Shown piece after piece: positions 1 through 15,552 of a DNA stretch of 64,000 nt. The stretch comes from Paraphysomonas bandaiensis. Taxonomy: Eukaryota; Protista; Chrysophyceae. Position numbers and translations under genes: made by a program. The DNA is taken from assembly GCA_965644295.1 (NCBI GenBank), contig CBFFRP010000559.1, forward strand, positions 14,207-78,206. Direction: 5' to 3'. The notes below the pieces were generated by a model. It ran no database searches. It was not told the origin of the DNA and was given only the letters and a program-made list of their open reading frames with translations. Position 1 is the first letter of the stretch, and each line of letters begins with the position of its first letter.

Positions 1-163
1 GGATCATTTTAGATATTCTTGTGGCAGAAAGGGGTTATTTATGAAGCTATATTATATAGTACATGGTACAACGAGAAGGATGAAGTGGTGTAGGTAGTAG
101 ACAGTAACTAGGATTAGATCAGAAAGTATATAGGACTATAGAAGTAGGTAGTAGGATGTTAAG

Positions 164-356
164 GCCCTCGACAAAGTTGGACTCGCACCTTTTCGTGGTG
201 TTCTGGGGAATAAGTACCAGAGATATTTCTCCGGGAAATTAACGTGAGCCGCAAACATTACAGATAGATGTCTATCTAGCTTGACTAGTTTTTATCTAAC
301 TACTGAGCTGATCCTGATTCTTAACACCTATTCCTAATAATATACGACTTTCAATA
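164..356 (+). repeat. Dispersed repeat family A, copy 1 (internally deleted)
   Basis: GCCCTCGACAAAGTTGGACTCGCACCTTTTCGTGGTGTTCTGGGG... matches 47155 (+), 62215 (-) and 63087 (-). Its tail (CCTATTCCTAATAAT...GACTTTCAATA) matches the far end of the longer copies, but the middle is missing. Confidence 0.85.
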
Positions 357-919
357 AGGTGTTAAGTGATTTGTATATGACTATTTCTGGAAGCTATGGG
401 AAAACCGCTTCTAGAATTAGCTATGGGGAAAACGGTAGAAGAATATAGGATATAGCTGAGTCTTGAGAGTTTAAGAGTAATAAGTTACAAGTGATAAGTG
501 ATGATAGTTGTGAGAAGGCTTATTAGCTCTATAAATGTCAACTGGTGTATTATTTACATTACAGTCACCAAAACATTCCAATTTTAGCGCTTGTTGATCT
601 ACCTATGGTAACGCTTAACTAGCTAGAAAGGGGTGTTGATTATAACTTTTCTAAATATCACCAGTCTATTACGAGTACTATCTCATTGAAAGCCTGGTAA
701 GGTGAGGCTATTCGAGTCCATGGGTCAATAGTCAAAAGCGTGTGTTTTACGACTGGGCACATCAGTGTGTAAGCGGAAGTGTCATATGCCTCACTGGTTA
801 TCCAACGATTGCAAAGCAAAATAAATTTCATCTTTACTAATATCTTTCGGTCCATTAATTCATATACAGTTAACATCCAATATCTGCATTCTTTACACGC
901 ATTACTCGCATTCTCATAA

Positions 920-3396
920 CTACCACTGTCCAGCAGCAATGCATATAAGCTTGTCCTTCATATATCTGAGATTTACTGGGGTGTGTTTGGTGTTCCATTT
1001 CCTAGCGCATTCCCAGGAGCAAAATTTACATTCTTTACCCACTTGGTTTTTAAATCGATCACGAGTTGTGATTTGGTTATCAAGATGTCCACTCAGCAGA
1101 GGATAGCCTGTTGCACAAGTTGTTGTCATGAGGTAAGATTATATGTTTCGCGCAATATAACCACATGTAAAAATACATAATTGCACACACGATGTTTCAA
1201 GTGCTTGGTAATTTTAAGAAAATTCACAAGTAAACTTTTATACATTATACAACAGATTATAACACACAGGAAATAGAATGCAATAAGTTTAATGCAAGTT
1301 ATTGTCCATAGTAGCGCACCTGCATCTACCACTTCAGCTACCACTGGACTCAGGTGATCACCATGAGATGGTAAAGCATTTTCAATATCTAAATTCTTCA
1401 GTGCTGACGGAATTTTTTTCGATTTCCCCTTGTATCGGTTTCCACACTCTGAGCACTTTTTCTTGCCTCTAGGTTTATGTCTCGTACTGCCTTCACCGTC
1501 ACTATTGCGTTGGCCACGATGAGTGTCGCGGCCTTTACGAGCTTTGTTGCCACGAGCATGTCGATGTGATGATATCTGAGAGGCAGGAATACTGTCCAAC
1601 GAACTGTCGTCAGCAAATACGTCACCTTCGCTGCTTATCACGCTATCCAGCGATCCCATAGCTTCATCAGCATGACGTCCTGATGCAGGACGAGTTTGAT
1701 GAATATCTGGAAGGGTAACAGCTTGCGGCGTGGAAGAATCATTGCTGTCTCGTTTCATAGATCTGAGTCCATTTATTCCAACAGCAGGTGGACTATCATC
1801 TACATGGAAGAGGTATATTTTAAAAAAAACTTGTCATATGAAATACAATCGAATACCAATCCACAAAAGGCAGAGTATCCAACTCATTATTGTACACATA
1901 TATCACTCTACTATGACATTACCATTATTCTCAAAGTCCATCGTGTAGGCCATATCGTCAGGATCACCAGGATCTTCACCAAAATTCACCTTGCTTCCTC
2001 TACTTTGATTCCTACTGTTGGCCGTGTTTCTCCTACTGTTGTTAGTGCTTGTAGCTGCGCTTGAATAAGGCCTACTGAGCACCCTGGCCTTTTCAAGTAT
2101 CGATTCCACGTTGTTACCAAATTTCTTTTTTAATTCGGATTGCAGCACTTCGATTTCCTTTTTGAGACAGTCGATTTCATACCTCATTTCTGATTGACTC
2201 TTAAACAGGACTTCATTCTCGGAATTCACGTCTTGAAGTGACACTTCACTGTCTTGGTATTTTTTGGTCAAATCAGAGACCTGAATCTTAAGCAATTCAA
2301 TTTCCTTGATTTTGTCAACTACTTCGGTATCATGTCGGGATGATGATTCCTGTAATTGAGTGTAGTTTTTGTGTATACGATCAATCTCGTAGTTGGCTGC
2401 CTTCAGTTTCATTTCATAGACAGAGTTCATATCGATTTGCTTGCTGAGACTGTCTTTGACAATAGCCAACTCAGCTTCCTTTGATGAATACGCTTCCTAC
2501 AATCACATCAGTACATCAGTACTACGTTTAATACATGTCCATACACCAAAGATGCCACACTATCAACAGGGTACGGAAAGAGTAATAAAAATAATACAAG
2601 ACTCACCCGTATACCATCCACATCTGACTGCATATCCTCCATCCTATAATTGGCATCATCTAAATCTTGAGAAAGGCGCTCCACTGAAGACCGAAGTTCA
2701 ATGACTAACTCAGCATTTCGAATACTCTGGCATGTAGCAAAATTACAATGATGCGCTGGACATAGAGCAACTAGCCATAGTGTATGTTTTATATTTGACA
2801 GTAATAATAACGACAATAGCTATCCCACAGTACTACACTCTACTTGCTGTGAGTATCATAGTACATATACCCACCTCTTCATCTGGCTCTGTTTGCACAG
2901 CTCGTTCATGCACAACAGGAATCTTATCAAGAATATCTTGTTGAATCTTCTTCTCACGTTCCTATGAACTCATTCAGTCACTAATACATGCATAACATGA
3001 GCCGCTATGTACCTCATAGTATTCTTTTAACTGCTTCTGCTCCTCTGATGCTTCTAATAACTTCTGTAAGAGCGCCTTATTCAGTGCCTCCTTTTCATGG
3101 ATCGTATCTAATAATTCCGTGTTTTTATATCTCTCATCTTGTAGAGACGCATCAGTTTCAGTTATCTTTTCATTGGTTTCATTTTGATATCTCTCAAACT
3201 GTTGATTCAGTTGATTGTATTGGGTTTGTATGGCCTCATAGTCAGACCTCAATGCAGATGATTTATGCTCATATGAAGCACGTTCTTTCGCAGATAAACG
3301 AATCTGACGTGAAAGACGCTGTTGCAATTCAAGTCGAGAGTTTTCAAGGTCAATAATCTCATCGCGTATGTCTGTATGAGTCTCTAATTCTCCCAT
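920..3396 (-). CDS. Multi-exon coiled-coil protein with C-terminal FCS/TRASH-like Zn-finger (CSECG...FCSWECARKWN)
   Basis: ORFs 2974-3426 and 1903-2469 are E/K/Q-rich coiled coil. The last three exons (within ORFs 1903-2469, 1126-1758, 920-1129) join in frame via GT-AG introns; the small exons at ~2490-2960 were not fully traced. ATG at 3396, TAG at 920. Confidence 0.75.
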
Positions 3397-3496
3397 CTGT
3401 ATGTGTATGTATGTATATGAGACCACAGCGTCTATATGATACGAGTGAGTTCATATGATCACATACCTCTGCATTCATATCTAAAGAAGTGTGATC

Positions 3497-3524
3497 ATAT
3501 GATTGGTTACTATGATATGATTGG
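3497..3524. promoter_or_regulatory. Two tandem ATATGATTGG motifs (reverse-complement CCAAT box, CCAATCA)
   Basis: Located 100-130 bp upstream of the ATG at 3396 in a divergent intergenic region. The same 10-mer occurs three times at 51299-51402. Confidence 0.5.
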
Positions 3525-4382
3525 TTCACTTCATTGAAGTAAATATCTTTTTCTTTTCTTCGTTTTTGTCTGCAGTTTTGTTGCATTAAATAAAGTCTTG
3601 AATCTTCCGTAGCGATCAAATCGAAGTCCGTCATCCTACAGAACAATCCCTATACAGGTACACAGGTATACAGGTACACAGGTAAAGAGGTCTATAGGGA
3701 CACGTATGATCACTACGAAATAACTTAATAATTGAAATACTTTAATTGAGGGGTAGTGAGTATATGGAAGACCCCTTCACACTTAACATACACACAGAAA
3801 CATTGACACAGACAGTTACTTACAACTGAGGTGTTATACGGTACAGATAATACATACGTATGTATATAGATACAGTCATGTCCCACATACAGCAGAGCAG
3901 TACACTCCGTACAGAGATGTAAAACGTAAACAGACAGTATACACATATATGTACTACTGTACTGTACCGTACTGTAGGAGGTACACATGTACAGCAGTAG
4001 GTACAGCTATGCACAGCAGAGTATTGATGATGATACAAAATCATAAAATCCGTGGTTTTCCTATAAATGTGGGTTTTCCATGCCACTTACCACTGTACCG
4101 CCATGATGACTATCTTTTATGGTCCAAAACTTTTCAGTTTTCTGTTTCCATTTGAATATTAAAAGCAATACATAGAGGCAGAATTCATGGACTCCATTGT
4201 AGAGGATCATATTATAGTAACTATGGCTCTGATTACATCAGTGAATCACTCATAATAAACCCCATTGAGTCATACGAGTAGTGAGTTTCTATTTGAATTA
4301 AACTAGCAGTTATCGTTCCTTAATTCACATACTCTCGAAGTCTCAATAACAACCAATCAAAGTGACTGTATATTCCATCAAT

Positions 4383-6723
4383 ATGTCAAATTCCACTGAA
4401 AAAAACACTGTATCAAGCTCTATGCTCTGGATACTAATCGGCAGTATCTTCATGGCATCAGCCAATAGCATCCTATACAAACAAGCATTGAATGCCTTCT
4501 CATCCCCTACATCAAACTATGGGTTTTTTGTAGGTCAATTCTCTATATTGCTGTATATTGGACAAGCTGCTGTAGTCTCTGTATTTGTCATATGGAAAAA
4601 CCCGCATACATTAAGGGAGATATACAACCTCCCGCAGAGTGTGTATCTATATATGGGAGGGCTGGATAGTGGATCCTCGACATTAGGTGCAATAGCAGGA
4701 GCTTATTGTCCAGGAGAAATGCAAACAATACTGAATCAAATGGTTATACCCTTAACGATGATTGGTGCCTTTACGTTTCTTGGATCACAATTTGAGAGGT
4801 ATGACTGTATTACAATCTCTACAGCCGGTGTCTGACGGACATGACTTGTAGATATCAGATCTATGGCAGTGTGTTGATCCTCATTGGAGCAGCAGTTGCA
4901 TCAAGTGATTATTTGTTTTATCCTAGTCATCATGGGTCGCATATTGATCCTTCTGCTGATGCTGATGCTCCTGATGATAATCAGGTATCTTAACTATGCA
5001 TGTGGATGTGTCTATCTATACATATGGTGCATAACATGCATGTATGTGCAATGCACAGACTCACAGTGGCGGCATTGATCTACCAGTGGCCATATCCATC
5101 TATCTCATATCAGTGGTCCCCTCTGCACTGTCAAACATATACAAAGAGCGTAAGATGAAGGAGTTAGATATGAATGAAGTGCACACATCAACGATCGTAT
5201 CTTTTTGGCAGCTGTGGATCGGGTTTATATTTCTGCCAATGCTGTCCCTTCCATCTTTAGGTACAACTCGAACCCGTTATGGAAATATGAAGAAAATGCT
5301 GTATTTATTATACAAATGAACACGAACAACATGCTGTGCTCTCTGTTTTGTTACATGATAAAACTGCCGTATGCTGCCCACCTGTACCATTGTATTTCTG
5401 AAGTTGACATATGTATCCTGTATGGCAGTTGTCGCTTTCAGTAACTTTAGTTTATCAGGTGGGCTATCGTATGAACAGATGACATCTCAGCTCTCTGATG
5501 GATACACTTGTTTTACTGGGGTTAATCCACACGATTCTAACGGCAACTGCTCCAGTGCAGCTTTTTACCTGATGGCGTATATATTAGTCAACTTCTTCTA
5601 CAACATTTTGTTATTAGCCATAACGAAAAGAGGGAGCGCAGTGTTACTGGTTATGTCTCAGGTATAGAACTTATGAAGAACGTATTGTACGTACACAATT
5701 GCGCCTTATTGTAGTACAAACGGTTCAATCTTAAGCCTTCACTGAGGTGTTGTTTAAATGAAATATGTTAGCAATGTATTTGTTATCTGATTGTGAAATT
5801 CTATGAAATATGGGCTACGTTGACACCTTGGCATGTTCATCATTTATTTAATTATCATTTAGGCATTATCACTTCCTCTTACCAACATAGCATTTACCCT
5901 GACACCCCTTATGGGTGATGATGCGGAGCCGTTATCAATAATGGATCTAGTTGGGCTTGTTCTAGTATGTATTGGCTTTTTGGCCTATAGTGGTTTTGGG
6001 TTTGCTCCAAACTTTATGGTGGCTCAGGTAATACTTGAATGTATATAAATATGTTTTATGGGGGATTATCTGAAGTATATCGTGGTACAGTATGAATATG
6101 CTCTCATAGCTGTTATCGATTTATATAGGGGCCTCCAGGACAAATGGCCTATGCCCATTTCGAAGACCATAACGAAGTCATTGTGTCCACGAAGGTGGCA
6201 ACTGATCCACAAGAGCTGGCTGACTTTATTGTGGGATCCATTCTTCAGAGCATGACCATTGCTGATGCAAAAGGTGAGTGCATGATTATATAGTAATGCA
6301 TTGCATTGTCGTGTGACATGTACAGACCACACTTACGATTAATATGTAGATGAGGAAAGTGGGACATTGGCATTAGAAGATGATAAAACATCGCCACTGC
6401 GGGCAAGTACGGCAGCTCTAGATGTGCTGAAGCAAGCAACTGTAATTGTTGAACGCCATGTGAATGCAATGAAAAGGGGCCTGGAGACAAAGCATATGAC
6501 TACCCCAGAGATAATGCGGCGATACAATACAGTTACATCATCTCCTCATACAGGCAAGCAGATGAATGAACATATTGTTGCAACACAAGTGAGCCTCATC
6601 GAGGAAAAAATATCCCGATCACGAGATAATACACCAATGGCTCAGAGAAATCATGATGACTCAAGTCCATTATTACCAGGCCGTAGATGGGTGAAAGATA
6701 AAAGCAGCACCTACACATCTTGA
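4383..6723 (+). CDS. CRT-like (chloroquine-resistance-transporter family, DMT superfamily) transporter with extended C-terminal tail
   Basis: Multi-TM exons with family-typical segments NSILYK...NYGFFVGQF, QTILNQMVIPLTM, SALSNIYKE and NFFYNILLLAITKRGSAVLLVMSQALSLPLTNIAF. GT-AG introns; stop TGA at 6721-6723. Confidence 0.85.
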
Positions 6724-7213
6724 AAAACAACGAAAATTTCTTGGTAATTGTTAAATCTATTTTGGTAGAGTTGAAATACATGTCGATGTAGTCACTAACT
6801 TCAGAAGGAAAATAAGTGAGTCAAAATATTGACATTAGGGATAGTTTGTTGTGTCAAAGTTGTTTACTTGCGACGCGCTCTACTACGCGACTGTAGCAAA
6901 AATAGAGGTTTATTGAGTTATCACGTCACGATTATAATTAAGATACTACATGATTTATATTGTTGCAGACTATCGTTCGTTCTAATTGAGTCTATCTACC
7001 TCATTTCATTCCAATATGCAAGTTAATCGTTTTACGTGTCGTAAGTTAACTAGGCTAGTAAAACTCAGCTGATCGAAACAGTTTAGTTATAATTTTGTTT
7101 TTCGAATCTACCACATAGTGCATGATTAACTGTCACGAATTTCACACCTTTCTGCAAAAATAACATGAAAGCGAAGCAAAATTATCCCCAAGAAATTAGC
7201 GGAAATTTAATCT

Positions 7214-9259
7214 TTACAAATTCTCATCTGCGATTGGTCCCTTCGATGATGTCAGCACTGTCGTCGCTTTCTCTTTGAGAAGGTACTTCTTTACGTGTAC
7301 CAAAATAGATACTGTCAGAATACATACTACAAAAACAAGAACTAGCAAAATTGACATCAATATAGTTAGCCATTCTGTATCATCATCGTCGTCATCATCA
7401 TTGTTGTTATTGTTCCCCTTATTGGAACTAGAATCATCGTCGCTGTTATATGTCACTTTATAGGACACGATCCTCCAATTAAGTGTGTATTCATCATAAG
7501 TCTGAACTTCTGCCGTAAATCCGTCCAACTCCATGACATCACCGTCACTAATTGTCACGGTATTTCTCAAATACTTCGCAGATGTCGAAATATAATAATC
7601 CTCCACACCAGATACATCGTAAGCCTTAAACTGGGAAGTCGAGTTAGCGACATTGGCTTGGCTAGAAGTAGCCAGCATATCAAAGTCTTTGCTATCACCC
7701 AACGATAATTCGGTTTCAGTAATATACACACCAGCACCATTAGAGTTATAATCCGCAAGAATGCTATCAATTTCATTCAGTTTGAAATCTGTTCCCACCA
7801 CGCCAATGAAAGTCTGGTCATCATATATGGGGATTGCATAGGTGATTCCAACATCACCACTGTTGGCAAAGACATAAACCTGTGAATATAACCCATGCCC
7901 AGCGCTCTTAGCACTTTTATACCATGTTCTTTGACGTGGATCGTATTCTTTGGCAACTACCGGCCCAGAGCTCGACTTGCCAGTTTCCGGGTCAACGTAG
8001 TACAGGTACCGAGTTGTATCTGGACTCACGTCAGCAAGGCGCATGGCTAGATATTTCAGGTCCTCTAAATATCCCGTAAATGTCCCGTCTTCATATCCAA
8101 TATATGACGACCGCACAGTGGGAAAATTTTTGCTTGTTGCGTACATAAAATCTTGAACACCATTTTCGAGGTCAATGCCGCTGACAGAAGAGTAGGGCAA
8201 TATACCAAGGTACATCGCTCGCTCTATGAGCCCCCCTAAATCAATGCACTTGAGGAGAAACTCGTCAAGGTCTCCGCTAACAAGGCCCAAAATATCAGAT
8301 TCAACCTCAAAATCACAGTTTATATCGTCTGAATTGGGCTCAACGACAACGATATACCAGTGAAGGGTATCGTGCTCCTAATTCATTATCGTAATGATCT
8401 GGTCGTCATGAAGCAAAGTCTGATCCGATCTGAAGTAATTTAACAACAAATATGATGAGCTATCACTGATAATATCATTCAAAGAATCCATTGCATTGAT
8501 TCTTTGCGCCGAAGTGCTTACAACGGGAGATTTATCGGATGTCGCCACAAGATAACCATCACTTTCCATAACATAAGCGACAGCCTCTCCACTTACAGAA
8601 TTCTCAAGCATAGTACTTATAGTACTAAGATGGTAAACCATGGTTGTTACACCACTAATATTCTCAGATGCACTAGAATATTCCGGGATACCTAGAGAGG
8701 GCTGAATTGACAGAGTGTTACCTGTAGTCCCAGTTATGTTTGGCCACGTGATGCCACAGGTATACGTGCCCTCCAGGTCTGCCGAACAAGCATCTATAGC
8801 ATCCTTATAATACGGTAATTCACGAGGATCAGAGAGCACGCTAAAAAGCATCGGACCAGAGGAGTCACCATTTAAAGCATTATAAGCATAAGACTGCATA
8901 TAACCCGTACCAGATGTACTGTCCTCGCGCCAATACAATACAGACTTGACGGGATCGTATCCGACATACACACCATTTTCAAATGCAATACCATAAGAAT
9001 CATCCTCTCCAAAATTAAGTAAAAGATCATATAAAGTTCGCTGGTAGGGTGGCGACATGTCATTAATTTGATCTGCAGGGGCGGAGTAGTTCATATAGTT
9101 GACTATACTGTCCATCACATTCAGCGCTTCATTCGGAATCTGATTATAAGAGATATCAGTCAAAACAAAGACCACAAATGCATTATGACCACCTCCATGT
9201 ATAAGGATAACTCTTGATGGATCCCAACTGCAATGGTGTCTTCGATTTGGATTTGACAT
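7214..9259 (-). CDS. Single-pass membrane protein with two tandem dCache domains; in-frame TAG at 8378-8380 (possible pseudogene or readthrough)
   Basis: ORFs 8378-9259 and 7214-8290 share a frame and are separated only by TAG plus 29 sense codons. The second repeat has YDPRQRTWY...Y...GVVGTD, then a D/N-rich linker, a TM helix (WLTILMSILLVLVFVVCILTVSILV) and a short tail. The true 5' exons probably lie at ~9260-9520 and are unresolved. Confidence 0.75.
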
Positions 9260-9633
9260 TCACTTGCCAATGCAGTCCACATCATTCCTAATACAACAAT
9301 CATTCCATTGTATTGCATCATATTGCACACTTCAATTGTACAATGAGTTTAATTGACTATCTATCTCTTAGATATGTAAGAGATGTTGTTGTTCTGCATG
9401 TCTTGCATTGCAATCATGGCATTGTGTTGCATGCATGCATGATGTGTGCATGTTACCATGACAAAATTGTCCTCAACTGGAAAAAAAAACGAAAAGGTAT
9501 CTAATTAACAAATCATCTTCTTTCAAATAATAATGATTGGATGTAGTTTAATGTGAGTCTGGATATATACATATGGATCTAGCCTGTTATACTGCTGTAT
9601 ACACAGTAGTATGAGAAGGTGTGGACATACATC

Positions 9634-9778
9634 TATGTATGTATGTATGTATGTATGTATGTATGTATGTATGTATGTATGTATGTATGTATGTATGTAT
9701 GTATGTATGTATGTATGTATGTATGTATGTATGTATGTATGTATGTATGTATGTATGTATGTATGTATGTATGTATGT
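9634..9778. repeat. (TATG)n microsatellite, ~36 units
   Basis: Perfect tetranucleotide array just upstream of the dCache gene. Confidence 0.98.
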
Positions 9779-10613
9779 TTCAGTTGGCCATTCGGTAGAC
9801 CAAAAACGCGCTGGATTTTCAAAAAAAATACAGAATTTCGCTCATCCACTGGAATAAATTAGAGAATTTAGACCTTAAACACAATATCCTGGAGTTTCGA
9901 CATATAAAGTGTATAAATATCCAGTATATTTGATCAAAAATCCAGCCTATATTACGGTTACAGTGAGATTGCAGACAAAGATGCATAGAAATGCAGAGGG
10001 GACATAGGAATGAGCGTACAGTGAAGGTTACTGTTGTTATGAATTGCTTCTATAGATATGAATGTGTTGTTGAGAGCAGCTATTGCAGATATATATGTCT
10101 GTGTTGACTGGAAGTGTGCACCTCATCATCTAACTGTATATCCACATCGTATCGTATCATCTGCTGTGGTTAACTTCTGTGTGATGTCATTACAATCCAC
10201 TAACTATCAACAACTATTACTACTAGTACTGTAACAGTAACTGCAGGCACTCATCTGTTTTCTCTCAGCTGATATACGGATCCCGCTGTGAGAGTCACCC
10301 CACTGCCCCTTCAGTGTTCGCCTTTACAAAGATTATGCGGGATTTCTCATAGCTATGCAAGACGTATGTATGTAATTCACGCAGATTTTAGCCAGGCCAT
10401 GTTCACCTTCCCATCCCCTAACAAAGATGCATCGCTCAGTATAGGCCTAGCATTGATTTGGCTGAGACCCCTCCTCGCCCAGAATGCGCGGGGTTTCTCG
10501 TAACATGTATGAAACATGCCAGTATAGTTTAGATTTAGCTGAAGCATCAACATGTCAAAGTGTCTATGTGTCTTTCGCTTGCAGAAATCAGTCAACCTCT
10601 CACAAACATTGGT

Positions 10614-10725
10614 AGTGCTCTGGTTAAAGTGTATATGCATATACTGACCCTTATACTGACACAATTATTATGCTAAGAGATGGTAGGTGGGTTTGTTCCT
10701 ATGATCAGTAGCTATGTAGCTATAC
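10614..10725 (+). repeat. Dispersed repeat family B, copy 1
   Basis: GTGCTCTGGTTAAAGTGTAT...ACTGACCCTTATA...TGGGTTTGTTCCTATGATCAGTAGCTAT resembles 22019-22155. Confidence 0.6.
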
Positions 10726-11266
10726 AGCTTAGCTAGGATTCTATTTGTATATCTATAATCTATATAATTTATAATAATTGGAACATTTACCATAGTAATA
10801 AGCTGTGCTCATTGCTCAGCAACCATAAAAGACAGTTTCCGCTCTAACCGAATACTGAAGTTGAATGATTATATTTTCCCGGGGCTAGTGTAAGGTTGAA
10901 GTGTTCAGTTGAACCCAACTCAGAGTCAACATGGAGATAAGCTAATGCAAAACTTGTCACCTGTCCACTATGCACGCATTTTTAAGTAAAACTACGTACG
11001 TCAATTAATTATTTTGTAAAAGATAGATAGCACAACAGAAGCCGGGCCACTGCCCTTCGACCTCGCAGCGAGCGAACAATGCAGTGTGATGACACAAAAA
11101 CAGGCTACACTATCGCTACTGCTAAAACTCTCCTCGTACGTTTTTTCTACCTATCTAATATCATCTCCTATATTAACTATGTCGGCTCTGTTGTTTTCAC
11201 ATATACCGTACTCACACAACCCACCAACTCCCATATATGAGAGAGGATGGAAATGTATGAAGATGT

Positions 11267-14403
<3,137 letters not shown>

Positions 14404-14686
14404 TTTACTATAGTTGAATATCGAATTGAGGTGATTATGAGCCCTCGTCTAGGAGATGAACGACTTATGGAGGGATAGACACACACAGACATGTGTATGT
14501 ATGTATATACAGACGAACAGACTAACAGACATACGAAGATTGTAGTAGTTATTTTTTGTCATCGTCTGTAGCCCAAACATTCTGATTATAGAGTATCTTA
14601 AATAGTCATACTTACGATGTCCAGTTAGAGAAACTGAAAATGAATTATGAATACGTATGTGTGGACGCACGTATCTATGTACAAAC

Positions 14687-15151
14687 GTATGCATGTATGT
14701 AGGTATGTATGTATGTATGTATGTATGTAGGTATGTATGTATGTATGTAGGTATGTATGTATGTATGTATGTATGTACGTATGTATGTATGTATGTATGT
14801 ATGTATGTATGTATGTATGTATGTATGTATGTATGTATGTATGTATGTATGTATGTATGTATGTATGTATGTATGTATGTATGTATGTATGTATGTATGT
14901 ATGTATGTATGTATGTATGTATGTATGTATGTATGTATGTATGTATGTATGTATGTATGTATGTATGTATGTATGTATGTATGTATGTATGTATGTATGT
15001 ATGTATGTATGTATGTATGTATGTATGTATGTATGTATGTATGTATGTATGTATGTATGTATGTATGTATGTATGTATGTATGTATGTATGTATGTATGT
15101 ATGTATGTATGTATGTATGTATGTATGTATGTATGTATGTATGTATGTATG

Positions 15152-15183
<32 letters not shown>

Positions 15184-15349
15184 TGTATGTATGTATGTAT
15201 GTATGTATGTATGTATGTATGTATGTATGTATGTATGTATGTATGTATGTATGTATGTATGTATGTATGTATGTATGTATGTATGTATGTATGTATGTAT
15301 GTATGTATGTATGTATGTATGTATGTATGTATGTATGTATATATGTATG
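14687..15349. repeat. (TATG)n microsatellite, ~165 units, between divergent CDPK and RAD51
   Basis: Direct inspection; a few variant units near the ends and one internal TA slip. Confidence 0.98.
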
Positions 15350-15552
15350 CAGGTGTGTGGATTTCGAGTTGTTAGAACTTTCCTTATTTTGAATTTTGTA
15401 TGTATTTCTGTGTATTTCTACGTATGTGTGTATGTATGTGTGCAGATGTCTATGTACTCATATATATATATATATATATATGTCTATGTATGTATGTATG
15501 TGCATGCTGTTAGTGGTATTGTTGTTAGTGTTATATATCGAATAAGGTCACT

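Noticed and set aside
8378-8380. Genome-wide TAG reassignment
   Set aside because: TAG terminates RAD51 and CCT2 at their expected C-termini, and also ends CDPK and the vWA gene.
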